DNA of 64,000 bases from the NCBI RefSeq assembly GCF_041146345.1, contig NW_027191409.1, forward strand, positions 372,001 through 436,000, written 5' to 3'. Positions 49,485-61,436 of this stretch are shown here, one piece after another. Source of the DNA: Neodothiora populina (taxonomy: Eukaryota). A model generated the notes under the pieces. That model did not search any database. It saw only the letters and a program-made list of their open reading frames with translations, and had not been told where the DNA came from. Numbering within the stretch: the stretch's first letter is position 1; the number at the start of each line of letters is the position of its first letter. The position numbers were made by a program, and so were the translations under genes.

Positions 49485-50942
49485 ATGTCAGCAACAGCCG
49501 TCGCTTCACCTGGTTCATTGCATCATCATCATCATTCTTTCGATATTGATAGCGGACCCCGCCACTCGTCGACTCACATGGCGTCGGAAAGCCCCTCCAC
49601 CCAGCGCAAGGCAAGAGCGCCGCGTCAGCGACAGCCTCCCAATTCCAACAACAACAACAACAACCAACACACTGCCGAAGTCCAGTCCGACTCAAATCTT
49701 GTCTCTGCGCAGACTCCAAAGGCCAAGAAGAACCGCCAGCGCCAAGGAGACAACAGAGGAGCGGCGTCCGGCAACGAAGCTCCCTGCCCCCGAACGACGG
49801 GCAAACAGCCTCCGCGCTCCAGACAGACGAATGGCTCGAGGGACTCGTCTGCGCAACTCGCAACTCCGGCGAAGAGTCTGGCCTACGCTAGTGCTGCATT
49901 TCACCAGTCACCCGCCGCATCCTCGCTGCCCATGCCAAAGTTCCTGTCCAAGTCGGTCCCTGCACCGCCTGCCGACGCCAGTCTGCAGTCCCGGCTGGAC
50001 CATGAGACTGGGAAGACGTCGGCTTCTCCGTCGCCTCCGACGAGTGCGACTCCGGAACCACTGTCAAGCCTCAAGTCCCCCCTCGACATGTTCTTCAATG
50101 CCGACAGACAAGAAAAGGCCAAGAAGCAGAGCATTACTTCGCTGAACGACATCCATAACTCTCCGTCCCTGCCTCATCGCACACCTACTGGCGGAAACAA
50201 GGACATGTTCATGCTGGAACTGGACCAGAATGAAAGCCCCACAGCTCTCGCATCTGCGAGACCCACTCTCGCCCCGAGCATGTCCTCTGCTCCTGCTCCA
50301 GTGCCAGCAGGTCAGAACGATGCGGCTGCCGCTGCAGCGACTCAATCTCTCAAGGACTTTCTGAAGCTGCCATCCCAGCGAAGTGCGCCATCACCACAGC
50401 CCCAGCAGCCTGTTCAACAGCCAGCTTTGCCGACCGAGTCTCCGTCTCAGCCTTATCTTGCGAGTCCTTTTGTCAATTCTACACCGCAGCAACACAACAA
50501 CGCTAGTGGGTTCGAGTCCCCGTTTCACTATGGTAACCGCAACCTTTCGCCCTTGTTCCAGGCTGCGAGATCGCCAGACAGCGGACCCGCACCTGCCAAC
50601 AGTGATTCGCCATTACAGAACAGGAATGCCTCGAACCAGCCCCAGCCTTTCGACCCCCGGGCGTATCTGGACCAGCATGTCCGATCTTCGTCCCTGGCCA
50701 ACAACTCAAGTTTCTCACCTGTTCAGTCCCAGCATGGTCCTAACCCCTTTCACCAAGACTCGCGCACCTATCCCCAGCAATCTAATCCGATTTATGCCTC
50801 ACCATCTTCTCGAATGCCTCCGAGCTATGCGCCTGTGCCCCAGACCGGCGCGTCTCAGCGTCAAGCCAACAACAAGCCCGTTGGAGAAGCGGACGTCAAA
50901 GACATGGAGGCCAAACTTCGCAACATCCTCAAGTTGGGTTAG
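49485..50942 (+). CDS. Disordered Pro/Ser-rich protein with PNRC/Edc1-type decapping-activator motif
   Basis: YASAAFHQSPAASSLPMPKF matches the YAGxxF..SP..LPxP pattern; C-terminal MEAKLRNILKL helix. Confidence 0.75.
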   Translation: MSATAVASPGSLHHHHHSFDIDSGPRHSSTHMASESPSTQRKARAPRQRQPPNSNNNNNNQHTAEVQSDSNLVSAQTPKAKKNRQRQGDNRGAASGNEAPCPRTTGKQPPRSRQTNGSRDSSAQLATPAKSLAYASAAFHQSPAASSLPMPKFLSKSVPAPPADASLQSRLDHETGKTSASPSPPTSATPEPLSSLKSPLDMFFNADRQEKAKKQSITSLNDIHNSPSLPHRTPTGGNKDMFMLELDQNESPTALASARPTLAPSMSSAPAPVPAGQNDAAAAAATQSLKDFLKLPSQRSAPSPQPQQPVQQPALPTESPSQPYLASPFVNSTPQQHNNASGFESPFHYGNRNLSPLFQAARSPDSGPAPANSDSPLQNRNASNQPQPFDPRAYLDQHVRSSSLANNSSFSPVQSQHGPNPFHQDSRTYPQQSNPIYASPSSRMPPSYAPVPQTGASQRQANNKPVGEADVKDMEAKLRNILKLG

Positions 50943-51565
50943 CCCGCATACTTGCTCTACTCAACTCTGTTGTTTTCCATTCGGCGTTTACTGGTCCACC
51001 GCATGCATCGAGGTTGCAGCGATTTCGCCTCTGGAAGGAGTCTTACGTTGTCTCTTTGCAAGTCTTCTTCTGCACCGGGCTTTCCACGTTATACACTGGC
51101 ACAGCCCAAAGCTCTGCTCTTGATTCGGAATGACAATTTTTTGTTTTGCTTTACTGGACCGATGCATTTATTCGGATGCATTCTGTCATTTCTTGCCATA
51201 GTTTTCTGCTTATAGCTCGATGACGGTCTGATTTGTTAGACGACATGATCTCTTCCTAGCATTAGCGTGGCGCAAAGGGCGTTTGTCTCTGATGTCGATG
51301 AAGAGGTGCAGTTCAATCTTCCGCATTGACAGGGCGTTTTTCTTTTCTGATTTACCTTGTCACAAGTGTAGGGAAGGACGGGGGATTACGGCAAGGATGC
51401 GACCCAGCATGATGCACACTACACTCATTTAAATCTAATAGTACAAAAAATAAGAGAAAACCATACTCGAACAGGAGCGGGAGGGTGGACTACAGCAAGT
51501 GGTCTGCACTCTCGTATCCGCAAAAGAACTGTTTCTAGTCATGGTCCGTTTACCGAGTAGTCCTT

Positions 51566-51989
51566 GACCTTTCGTCAAGAACTCAACGACCTTTCATCGA
51601 AGCCTTATCCTGTATTCAGTAGAAACTCGTCGACTATTCGTCAAGGGTTCATCGACTACTTATGTGGAATTCATTAGATGTTCATCAAAGACTGATTCAT
51701 TATTCGATCAAGACTGATGGACGATTCATTGACCTTTCATCAGGAACCTATCAACCTTTCATTGGATACTCATCAAATTTTCATCAAAGACTTGTTAATA
51801 GAGACTCATAACGATTTATCGAGAAGATATTGATTCTTTACTCGAGACTCACTGACTATTCATTAAAGACTCTTCGACTGTTCATTAGAGGCTTATTAAT
51901 TGTTCGTCAAAGACTTATCGCCTGTTCATTGTAGACTCATCGACCATTTATTAGAGACTGATCAAGTATTCATCGAGGGGTCGTCGACC
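51566..51989 (+). repeat. Degenerate 11/22-bp tandem satellite, about 38 units
   Basis: Consensus alternates GACTATTCATC and ARAGACTCATC; register nearly unbroken over ~420 bp. Confidence 0.9.
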
Positions 51990-52219
51990 AACAACGAGCA
52001 GCTTTTACATGTTTGTGGCCTGAACCAGGGGTAAGGTGGTTGATATACTCTGCACAGGCCACCACCTCTTCACATGCTAATTATCGGACATGGCGTTATA
52101 CCGCAACATGCTCCATACCATCCATTCACATTCTAACCAACCATACCATTCGCTAGCCATTCATCCCCCCCGCGTAAAAGACATTCACCACTCTACGACA
52201 CCGGTCCACGACCACGACC

Positions 52220-53353
52220 ATGACGACCCACCACATTTCGGAAGACGACCTCTATCGAACATCAACACAATTCAGACTATGGACCTTCAGCCCCGAAGCT
52301 CTACAATCCATGCGGCAAAACACCAACACGGCAGCGACAGAGCGAGCGAAACAATACCTGCCGCAGCAAGACGCCTCGACCTTCATGACCTGCGACGAAG
52401 AGAGGCGACTAGTGCAACGCTACTGCGACACGATTGCGTCGACGGCAGCGCATCTGAAATGGGCCTCGCACGTCAAGGCCACCGCGATCCAGTACCTCAA
52501 GCGCTTCTACCTGACCAACAGCGTGCACACGTACCCGCCGAAGGAAATCTATAAGTCGGTGCTGTTTCTCGCGTCCAAGACCGAGGGCGTGCACATGACG
52601 CTCGGCGACTTCGCCCGCAGCATCTCCAGTAAGCCCGAGCAGATCCTCGCGCCGGAGTATAAGATCATCCAGGCGCTGCGGTTCACGCTCGACGTGCGCC
52701 AGCCTATCCGCGGACTACGAGGGAGCTACATGGAGCTCGAGAGTCTGGCACATGGCAAGTTCGAGCCGATGCCGTTCATCGCCGCGAGCAAGACGCCGCG
52801 GGACCTGCAGCGAGACATGGCATCGCTCGCGGCACCAACACCCTCATGTCTCTCGGACTGGAGCCCGACGTCACCAGGCGAGGAAAAAGCCCTCGTCGCC
52901 CGCGCCTGGGCAGCGTACACTTGCGCGCGCACAATCCTCGACAACGCGGCCTTGCTGACAGACGCCTACCTGCTTTTCACGCCGCCTCAGATCCACCTCG
53001 CGGCGCTGAAACTCTCCGACACGCCTCTTTTGGATTTTTACATCTCGCTGCACGTCCCGTCGACACACCCTGCTGGTCCGCAGATCCTAGAGACCATCTC
53101 GCGCGCCGCGGAGCTGATGCGCGACTTTGACAAGGCGACGCAGATAATGAGCAAGGACGAGCGGGTCAGTGTCGAGCGACGGCTCGAGGACGTGAGGGAT
53201 CCGAGCACGGTGGATCTGGTGCGGAGACACGAGGAGGCGAAGAGGGGTGGGGCTGTGGAGGGGGTTGTGGATGAGCAGTTGGCTAAGAAACGGAGGCTTG
53301 CGAGGGAGGCGAGTCTGAAGGAGGGCGAGGATCTTTTTGGTCCTAGTTTGTGA
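52220..53353 (+). CDS. CCL1: Cyclin H / Ccl1 (TFIIH CAK cyclin)
   Basis: EDDLYRTSTQFRLWTFS, VKATAIQYLKRFYLTNS, LFLASKTE, LTDAYLLFTPPQI. Confidence 0.92.
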   Translation: MTTHHISEDDLYRTSTQFRLWTFSPEALQSMRQNTNTAATERAKQYLPQQDASTFMTCDEERRLVQRYCDTIASTAAHLKWASHVKATAIQYLKRFYLTNSVHTYPPKEIYKSVLFLASKTEGVHMTLGDFARSISSKPEQILAPEYKIIQALRFTLDVRQPIRGLRGSYMELESLAHGKFEPMPFIAASKTPRDLQRDMASLAAPTPSCLSDWSPTSPGEEKALVARAWAAYTCARTILDNAALLTDAYLLFTPPQIHLAALKLSDTPLLDFYISLHVPSTHPAGPQILETISRAAELMRDFDKATQIMSKDERVSVERRLEDVRDPSTVDLVRRHEEAKRGGAVEGVVDEQLAKKRRLAREASLKEGEDLFGPSL

Positions 53354-54124
53354 GAGAGGGTTCCTTTTTTTTTTTTTACTGTGTGTGTTTTTGTGCCATG
53401 TAAATACAAATGATACCCCTGGACCTATTCTTTTCTGCTCTTCTCTTTTCTTACCGTCTCTCTTACCTTTTCCTCCTTCATACTCTTTCCAACCAGGACC
53501 AGCCGTTCTACTCAACGTTGTGGCCTTGACATACACATACTCGGCGTCTTGTGTGTCGACACGAGACTCGGGACGCATTCGAGGTTGAGAGTCCTTGGAT
53601 GGAGAGACGGCATGTTTGGGAGGGTAAGACGACACGTTCGGGAAGGGAAGGACTACACTTCCGAAGGGAAACACAATACGTTCGAGAGAAAGAAAAGCAA
53701 CCAAGCAAACGACATGCAAGAGCTGGGAAAGTGCAAGCACAGACAAGTTCAAGGTAACTTGTGTAAATCAAACTCATTGGCGTCATTTGCATTCTAGAGC
53801 GCAAGAAATGCCACCAAAGCAGAAACTACGGAAAATAGAGTCGGCTCTCGAGCTGCTCTCGGTCATCCCTCCTTGGGATCTTTTTCGTGGACTCTCCACT
53901 GCAGAAGGAAAGGAGACAAAGAATTGACAAGATCTCGACGAGTCAAAGAGAGGCTGGTTCGGACCGTATGAGAGAGAAAGCCAGGTGAAATGCTTTGGCT
54001 GAGACAATTCCTGTTGTACGGTGGTTGTAGCGAAAATGGGTATATTTGACTACCTCCGTGACGTTCTTTCTGGCACAATCTGGCCAACTCCTTTGTGGCT
54101 CGTCGTCGCCGCTGCCCAGCCACT

Positions 54125-54495
54125 CTAAACTGAAAGACAGCCTTTGAGAGGACTCGATGCTGCTGGCTTCCTGGTCAAGGTTTGGCGGGTCTTGTCGAGC
54201 GCTCTCTGGGCAACGATCGATCTTGGAACCGAAGACTGAGCATAGATTAGCATTGATGAAAAGTAATCATGATGGAAAACCGATTTACCTGGTAATCTTC
54301 CTTGGTCAGGCTTACTGGCGAGTCGACAACCTCGTAATGGCTGACGGTCATTCCGACTTCCTCCTTCATCACATCCTTCTCCGCCGGAAATGCAACAGCT
54401 TCATCGCAAAGCTGTGCGCGGGGCGCCTTCAGATCACTTGGCGGGAGGTGGTCTGCTGTGGTCGCCTCGCATTGAGCGAGGGTTTGAGATTGTCA
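54125..54495 (-). promoter_or_regulatory. eRF1 readthrough cassette: TGA-CAA stop context, open extension frame and 3'UTR intron (54236-54288, or 54236-54315)
   Basis: Minus strand GAT TGA CAA TCT; 68 sense codons follow; CAG|GTAAAT..GCTAAT..CTCAG; spliced frame ends at TAG 54127-54125. Confidence 0.75.
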
Positions 54496-55855
54496 ATCGT
54501 CGTAGAACTCGTCTTCTTCATCGGCTTCGGCAAGTTGCTCGAAGTTGAGCTTGTAGCGAAGGATGGCACCGATACCACCGAATCCCTTGACGAACTGGTT
54601 GCCCTCGGAAGAGCGATCGGTGACAAACTCGAGGGTGGCACCAAAGTCACGGTATTTCTCCGCGAGCCACTCGAGCAGAGGCATCTGGTCGACGATCTCC
54701 ATCTCCTGTCCAGACTCCTTGTCCATGAACTGGCTGCGGTCCGCCTCTTGAATCTTGTTGGTGTGCAGTATGACCTCGTTGCCCTCGGAAGACTTGAGGG
54801 TCCATCGGGTGATTTCCAGGTTCTCGTAGACAATAAGAGTCTCGGCAGCACCGGCATCGAGGGCCCTGAGGGTGTCGTCGACACCATAACAGACCTTTCC
54901 GGTGTCCTGGGAAATTTCGTCAAAGTACTTGTTGATGAGCTTCTTCTCCTGGATGAACTTGACGCTTCCCAGAGTCTCGCTGGAAAGCTCGATTGCCTGG
55001 TTGAAGCCGTTCTCTCCTCCGTAGGAGACATCGACAATCTTGATGACCTTGCTTCCGAGGCGAGGGTCGAACAGATCGGACTGGTTCAGGTCGTTTTTGA
55101 AATCGGCGGAACCGGCAAGAATGAGACCGGCAACGTTGATCTTGTCGTTGGTGATGAAGTTCTGGACGGCAACCTCAGAAACCTTGCGGACGTAGTTGTG
55201 GCGCTTCTCCTCACGAAGACGGGCAAAACGCAGAGCAGATTGACCACCACGTCCGTGCTTCTTGGGCAGATCGACGGAGAACTTCTGACGAATCTCACGA
55301 GTGTTTCCAGAAAGAGTACCGAACAGGGCTCCATTACCGTCCATGATGATAAAGCCAAAGGCCTGATCGGACTCGAGAAGTTCACTCAAGGCTTCCGTGT
55401 GGAATTTGTTGTCGCAGAGGTAGAGCGAAGTGTTGATGGGCTTGAAAGGCTCGAAATCAATGTTGATCTTCCTCTCCTTACCCTCGGAGGTGATGATCTC
55501 ACCACAGTATACGACAAGACCATTCGGGGGAACCTTGTTGTACAACTTAAGACGCTGTTGAGTAGAAGTGATGGCAGACAAGACCGAGAGACGGTTCACA
55601 CGTGACTTGATGTTGGACGCAGTGCCGTACTCTTCTGCCAACATACGAGCGATACGCGAGATCTGATCCTTGGGAGCTAGACGATGTTGTCAATATTGGC
55701 CGAGGCGAGACGACGGGAGCGAACGTACGGATAATCAGCGAAATCATGGAGGTGCCGTTACCACGCGCTTGTTCGAGGCGCTTGACGAGCTTTTTGATCT
55801 TCCATATTTCGATGTTCTTCTCGGCCTCGTTGGCCAGCGCCTGCGCGTCACTCAT
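54493..55855 (-). CDS. SUP45: Eukaryotic peptide chain release factor 1 (coding intron ~55677-55730; probable 5'UTR intron ~55870-56075)
   Basis: [29 protein letters not shown], acidic C-terminus EEDEFYDD. Confidence 0.98.
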
Positions 55856-57489
55856 AGCTGGAGATTGTCTGGTAGAGCGGTGCGATTAAAGACTGCAAAA
55901 AAGATACGACAGACGTGTCAGTTGCAAATTCAACAGAGACAAGTAGGAAAGCGCTTAGCGAGGCGGGGTTGGCTGATGCAATTTTGTTGCGCCAAAGAGC
56001 CAACCAGCCGTCGACACTGACGACTGTGACATGAGACAGGCAGCAAGGGAATGAGTCAGATAGTACAAAACTTACATGGTCTCGCCGCGAGTGACTTGAC
56101 AGATAGTAAAAGTGGAAGGGGCGACAAAATCGCTCCTCGTTGGCAAGTACTGTACTGTTAGTGTGAGAGCGGTGAATCCGAAAGACTTTCCGACTTTCTC
56201 TGTTTTTGGTGTTAGAGGAGAATAAAGCGAACAAGGCAAATGACAGAATGCAGAGCCCGCCCAACCCACCTCACCAATGCACTACTGCCTGAAAAACGAG
56301 CAGCTTCGTCATTCCATCTTGGCGTACCTTATGGGAGAATCCACTACAGCTAAGGCACCCGAGGCACCTTAACTTTCGAAGGGTGGCCGGCCAGCCTCCG
56401 CGCTTCGCTTTTCTCAGGCGCAATTCGCAGTAAGCGCTTTGCAGCCGTCCAACAGTATCTCCGACAGTCACTCGTACCTGGTTCCCCTTGTGTTTCATTT
56501 GACCATCTCCAATTCCTCTATATTGCAAGATGAAGAAATCCTGGCGCCTCGTCCGTGGTCACCTGCGCATCATGTAACATTGCGATTACATGTCCAACGC
56601 TGCTGAACGCTGCCCGAATCTTTAAATGGACACAAGGGCAGGTAGTCTCGGAACGCAATGACCGCTTCCTTCCTACTTCTCGATTGTTGAGTCTACTTTA
56701 TCGATGAGCATACCGTATACAATACCGTGCTACTACAGTACAATTGTCAAGCGACTCGGCTAAATTAGTTATGCCACTGTTTCCAGTACAGTAGTCTCGA
56801 CAATCTGCGACACAGACTCCAAATCCCCAGCCAATACCTAGGAGCTGGTGCACTGTACCCATGTCATCGTTGTAAGTGGATCCGTCGGTGATGACCACCC
56901 GCTCCACAAGATCTCAGAGCACACGAGCTCCAAACCCGTCAGCCCGTTTGGAAGTTTACGTACAGAAAACTGAGTACAACACCGCTATCCCAGGCGACGC
57001 TGCGAAGTATCACCCAAAACATAAACAAATCGTAGATTGCTGTATCTCCTGTTTCTCTTCCATGCCAGGTCTGCGCGCACGACTTGCGGCCGAAGACATC
57101 GCTTTTCTTTTCGTTTTCTCCTTGGCTAGCGCAAGCCTGAAAGTTTCCTCCGCATTCTTCGCTTTCCGTCTAGATGGGCCGTCCTTGAAAGATCTCTGCT
57201 AGATTGTTACATTGTGTCCCTGCGTGATAAGGACTCAACTTTTCCTTCTCTCCCATAAGATCACACCACTCCCCCTTCTCTCATACCCTCCAGGCTCGCA
57301 GACGGCATGCGCTTTTGAAGACAATCGAGGCATTGACCCGTCGTCATCTCCGACCCCACAAAAGCCAGTATACTTGACTATATTGCATTTCATTTTCTAG
57401 TTCCATCCGCCGTCGATAGCAGTCGCTTCAACGCAAACTGCTATCGCATACTGTAGAACGCAGATAGTCCTTATTCGCCAAAATTAAGA

Positions 57490-59630
57490 ATGGCCCCAGG
57501 AAGACAGCCCATACCGTCCAATTGGACTGACTATGAAAGAGGCGCAGATCGTCGTGGTTCATCTGAAACGCTACAGAGCCGCGTGCAATGGGGCGAGGAC
57601 GTCAATGATGCACCCGAGCATGCTGTAGGCTCGCCAGAAGGCCACAATCAAAATCTGAGACATAGGCGGTACGCTTGCCCACGATATATATTGCAACCAG
57701 ATAAAAATACTGACTACCCAATACAGGTCTTCCATGTCTATGCGCATCAACACCATTCGACATGCCGGAGGTGTGAACAGTATCGACAACTTCGCCCGAT
57801 CGTGGCAGCGTGCTGCTGGCTTCTACGAGATTGCTCCTGTCCGCCACTCTTTCCGTGTCCAGGACGCCGACGAGGACGAGTATGAAAGAGGAGATGTCGC
57901 GGAGAGCGGACCGTCGCAACACAGATCACTGCTGCGACAGGCCTTTGAGGAAGATGGTCGCAAGCTCTCCGACGACGCCATCGACGAGACTGGCCTTGTA
58001 CAGGACGGCGCATCCATCTCTGATTATGGCACTGTTCGGGCACTCAATCGCTCGAGCCCATCGCAAGACAACATATTCGAGATCGAGCCATCTCTGGCCT
58101 CGCCATTCGGTGGTAGCTACGGTACTACATACGGAAGCCTTGCCTCGAGGGTCAACGAGCCGTCTATGAGGCATGCAGGACGTCTGTTCAGACAGCAGCA
58201 GATGCAGGGCGTGACCGAGCCGGACAAAGAACGGGAGCCATTGCTTGTCAAGCAAATCGAAGAAGACGGAAAGGTGGTCAACGTTGTCGTGGGCCAATCA
58301 ACCTTACCTCAGACCATCTTCAACTCCGTCAATGTCTTGATCGGTGTCGGCCTACTCGCACTTCCCCTGGCCTTGAAGTACTCCGGATGGGTTCCTGGAC
58401 TTATCTTCTTTGTCTTTGCCGCCATCTCGACCCAATACACAGCCAAACTGCTCGCCAAATGCCTGGACGTGGACAACTCACTGATCACATTCGCCGACTT
58501 AGCGTACGTCTCCTTCGGCCCTGGAGCTCGACTTGCCACGAGTCTTCTTTTCAGTCTGGAGCTTCTTGCGACCTGCGTGGCGCTGGTCGTACTGTTTGCA
58601 GATAGTCTTGATGCATTGATCCCCGGCTGGGGCATTATGGAGTGGAAAATTGTCTGCGGTGTCATTCTGATCCCTCTAGCTTTCATGCCCCTGAGACTGC
58701 TCAGTTTTACTAGCATATTGGGCATTGTCTCATGCTTTGGCAGTACGTAGTACAAAATTTCCTCACCGCCTTGGAAAAGCTGACACATTTCTATAGTTGT
58801 TCTGGCTGTGGTCGTGGATGGTCTCATCAAGCCTGACTCCCCTGGCTCACTTCGCCAGCCCATGAAAACTTTCTTGTTCCCCGAGCACTGGCAGACGATC
58901 CCTCTGTCGTTTGGCTTGTTGATGTCGCCCTGGGGCGGACACAGTGTTTTCCCTAATATCTATCGTGACATGAGACATCCTTACAAATACCGCCGCGGAG
59001 TTAACATCACATATGCTTTCACGGCGACGTTGGATCTCTTCATGGCTGTTGTAGGCCTGCTTATGTTTGGCGAGGGCGTTCGTGACGAGGTGACCAAGAA
59101 CATTTTTCTGACCGACGGATACCCGCAGTGGCTCTCTGTGATAATCGCCATCTGTGTGGCCATCATCCCTTTAACGAAGATCCCATTGAAGTGAGTCTGA
59201 ATCCATGTCTTCGAAGCTGTAAGCAATAGCTAACATCCATGATAGCGCACGACCGATCATCAGCACCATTGAGATCCTGACCGGCCTCGACTCTCGTGCG
59301 GTAGCACAAAGCACATCACTTCACGGCATGTCAGGCTTCAACCGCGGACTACTCAAGGCAACAATCAGAGTCGTGATTACGATTCTCTTTGTTATCTTTG
59401 CAATCTTGGTGCCTGACTTTGATCGTATCATGAGCTTGCTGGGCTCCGTAGCATGCTTCAGCATTTGCATTATCTTGCCATTGGCGTTCCACCTGAAGAT
59501 CTTTGGCGATCAGATCTCCAAAGCCGAGAAGATTATGAACTGGACACTTATCGTCATCTCGACTTGCCTTGCTGTTGTCAGTACAATCTTCAACTTTCTG
59601 CCAAAGGAGCTACTTGGCACGAGTGGATGA
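57490..59630 (+). CDS. Vacuolar amino acid transporter (AVT1-like, AAAP family), 4 exons
   Basis: GGVNSIDNFARSWQRAAGF, GQSTLPQTIFNSVNVLIGVGLL, WGGHSVFPNIYRDMRHP; many transmembrane segments. Confidence 0.92.
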
Positions 59631-61436
59631 GGATCCGAGGGTCGTTTCTTCCGAATTTCACGTTTCACGTTGTCTGTACTCAGCGCGATGTTTGTTGTAT
59701 GATCGAGGCATTTTTGCGAATGGGGACTCATTGTATATAAATCCTCCTCTTTTTGATGTTTTTGTTCCACTGCTTTCTTCTTCTCTTTCTCTAGAACAAC
59801 TTTCCATCAACACACATACTTGTAATTCGAATACGTTTTATTGTTCATGAGATTTATGGAAAACGAACGGGTCTCCTATCATTAGACTTGGTCCCGAAGG
59901 ACCGATTAGAAAACGTCACAATCTTTATTTATACGACGAGACGTCATCGCCCGAGTCATCTAAACAGTGAAGGAGCATATCTGCTTGTATGCTCACTCTA
60001 CACGAAACAACCCTCGACCTATTTCGACTACTAATGTACAGCACGTAGCTTCGCTCGACTCCCAGGTGGCTACCTTATATAGAAATAATACAAAGCTCAG
60101 ACCACCACCCGGGGGGGGGGGGGGCGGGTGCCAAGTAAGAGCCCAAACCCAAATCCAAACAACATTATAACGTCGTTGGAGAGTGAGCAGGTAAGGTACC
60201 GTACCCTAGGTAAAGCGAACGGGCGGATGGCCGGACGGACAGATGGACCGCGCTGTGGGTGATCAAGTCATCTACACTATGCCTCGTGGCTTGGGGGCGA
60301 GACTCACAAACCCGCGGAGACGTCTACTCTGTCATTGCAGAGGAGATGTGTGAGTCGAGAGTCATGTCTCCGAGGGACTAAGTGCTTGTTTGGTATGTAT
60401 GTGCTTATCTTTACACAGCAGTCAAGACGGCGCTTTTGTTCTTATCTCTGTCTATTTATCTATCTTTTGATATGGTTTGTAGCATTTTTTATAGACATAT
60501 ATATCTAACTAGCCTCTTCGACTCGACACTCTGTTTTTATCCTGTTTTCTTCTCCCTCCTACGTGGTTTGCCATTGCGAAATTGAGAAATCGTTCTGCTG
60601 TAGCCGTCTAGCCTTCCCCGAGGAAATACAGGCACAATAACGACTTTAATGAGGGGGAATTACAGAGCTATTACGTTATTGCAACTCACGCCGCTCTGTC
60701 ATTCTCTTTTTTTTCTCCAATTCAATTCGGTTGTCTTTGCCTCAACCCCTCATTGATTGCCTATTGGAGACGAAGGGACTAGTTGTTTGGAAATCAATAT
60801 GGTGCGCGCTTTACTACTGCTTAGGGTCGGTGACGTCTTCGGGTTGCCCTCACTTCTTGCCTCTTGCGCCGAAGATGCGGTGCGATGCGATGTCATGGCT
60901 GTAATGTGGACTGGAAGACAAGGCAGGGGGTGTTCAGGTGTGGAGGTAAGTCGTCGCTGCAGTGACCGAGTGTTACCAGACAGAGCCGTGAGCGACTCGA
61001 GATGTCAACCTGTTGTTGAATCACAAGCTACGTGAAAACCCTACCCGGATTCCTCGAGAGGGATTTTACGGACGAGGCTTCTGAGTCGGAGAACTCGAAG
61101 CGACTTCCATGGTATGTCTACTCGCTAGCAGCTGACCGAGGAGTTGTCGTTTTGTCCTGTCGTCGGTCACCGCCCAAACAGGTACCAGACCTAGACGTCT
61201 TTGCCGTTCATTCCGCTGGATCAAGCGATATTGCGTCTTTTGGTCTCCTCTTCTTTGCCTGGTCCTCATATCTTGATGTATTCCACCTTGTAGGCATCGC
61301 ACTGCTTTTCCCATAATTTCCTTATGCACATCTCACGTATTTTCCATCAACTTCACGAATAATCAGTTCTCCATCTTCGCTACCTGGCTATTCGTTCGAT
61401 CACTCGTGGCATTGCGAAAAGGATATATAATACAAG

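Noticed and set aside
51566..51989. CRISPR-like or coding interpretation of the periodic array
   Set aside because: No unique spacers, eukaryotic context, period not a multiple of 3, no ORF
54157..55605. 482-aa + strand ORF
   Set aside because: Antisense shadow of the codon-biased eRF1 gene; no recognisable motifs
54493..55855. Genome-wide UGA reassignment as the explanation for the SNF2 stops
   Set aside because: eRF1 keeps canonical GTS, NIKS and YxCxxxF motifs, and several genes here (RFX, HSF, UFD1, cyclin H, eRF1) end at TGA at their expected C-termini
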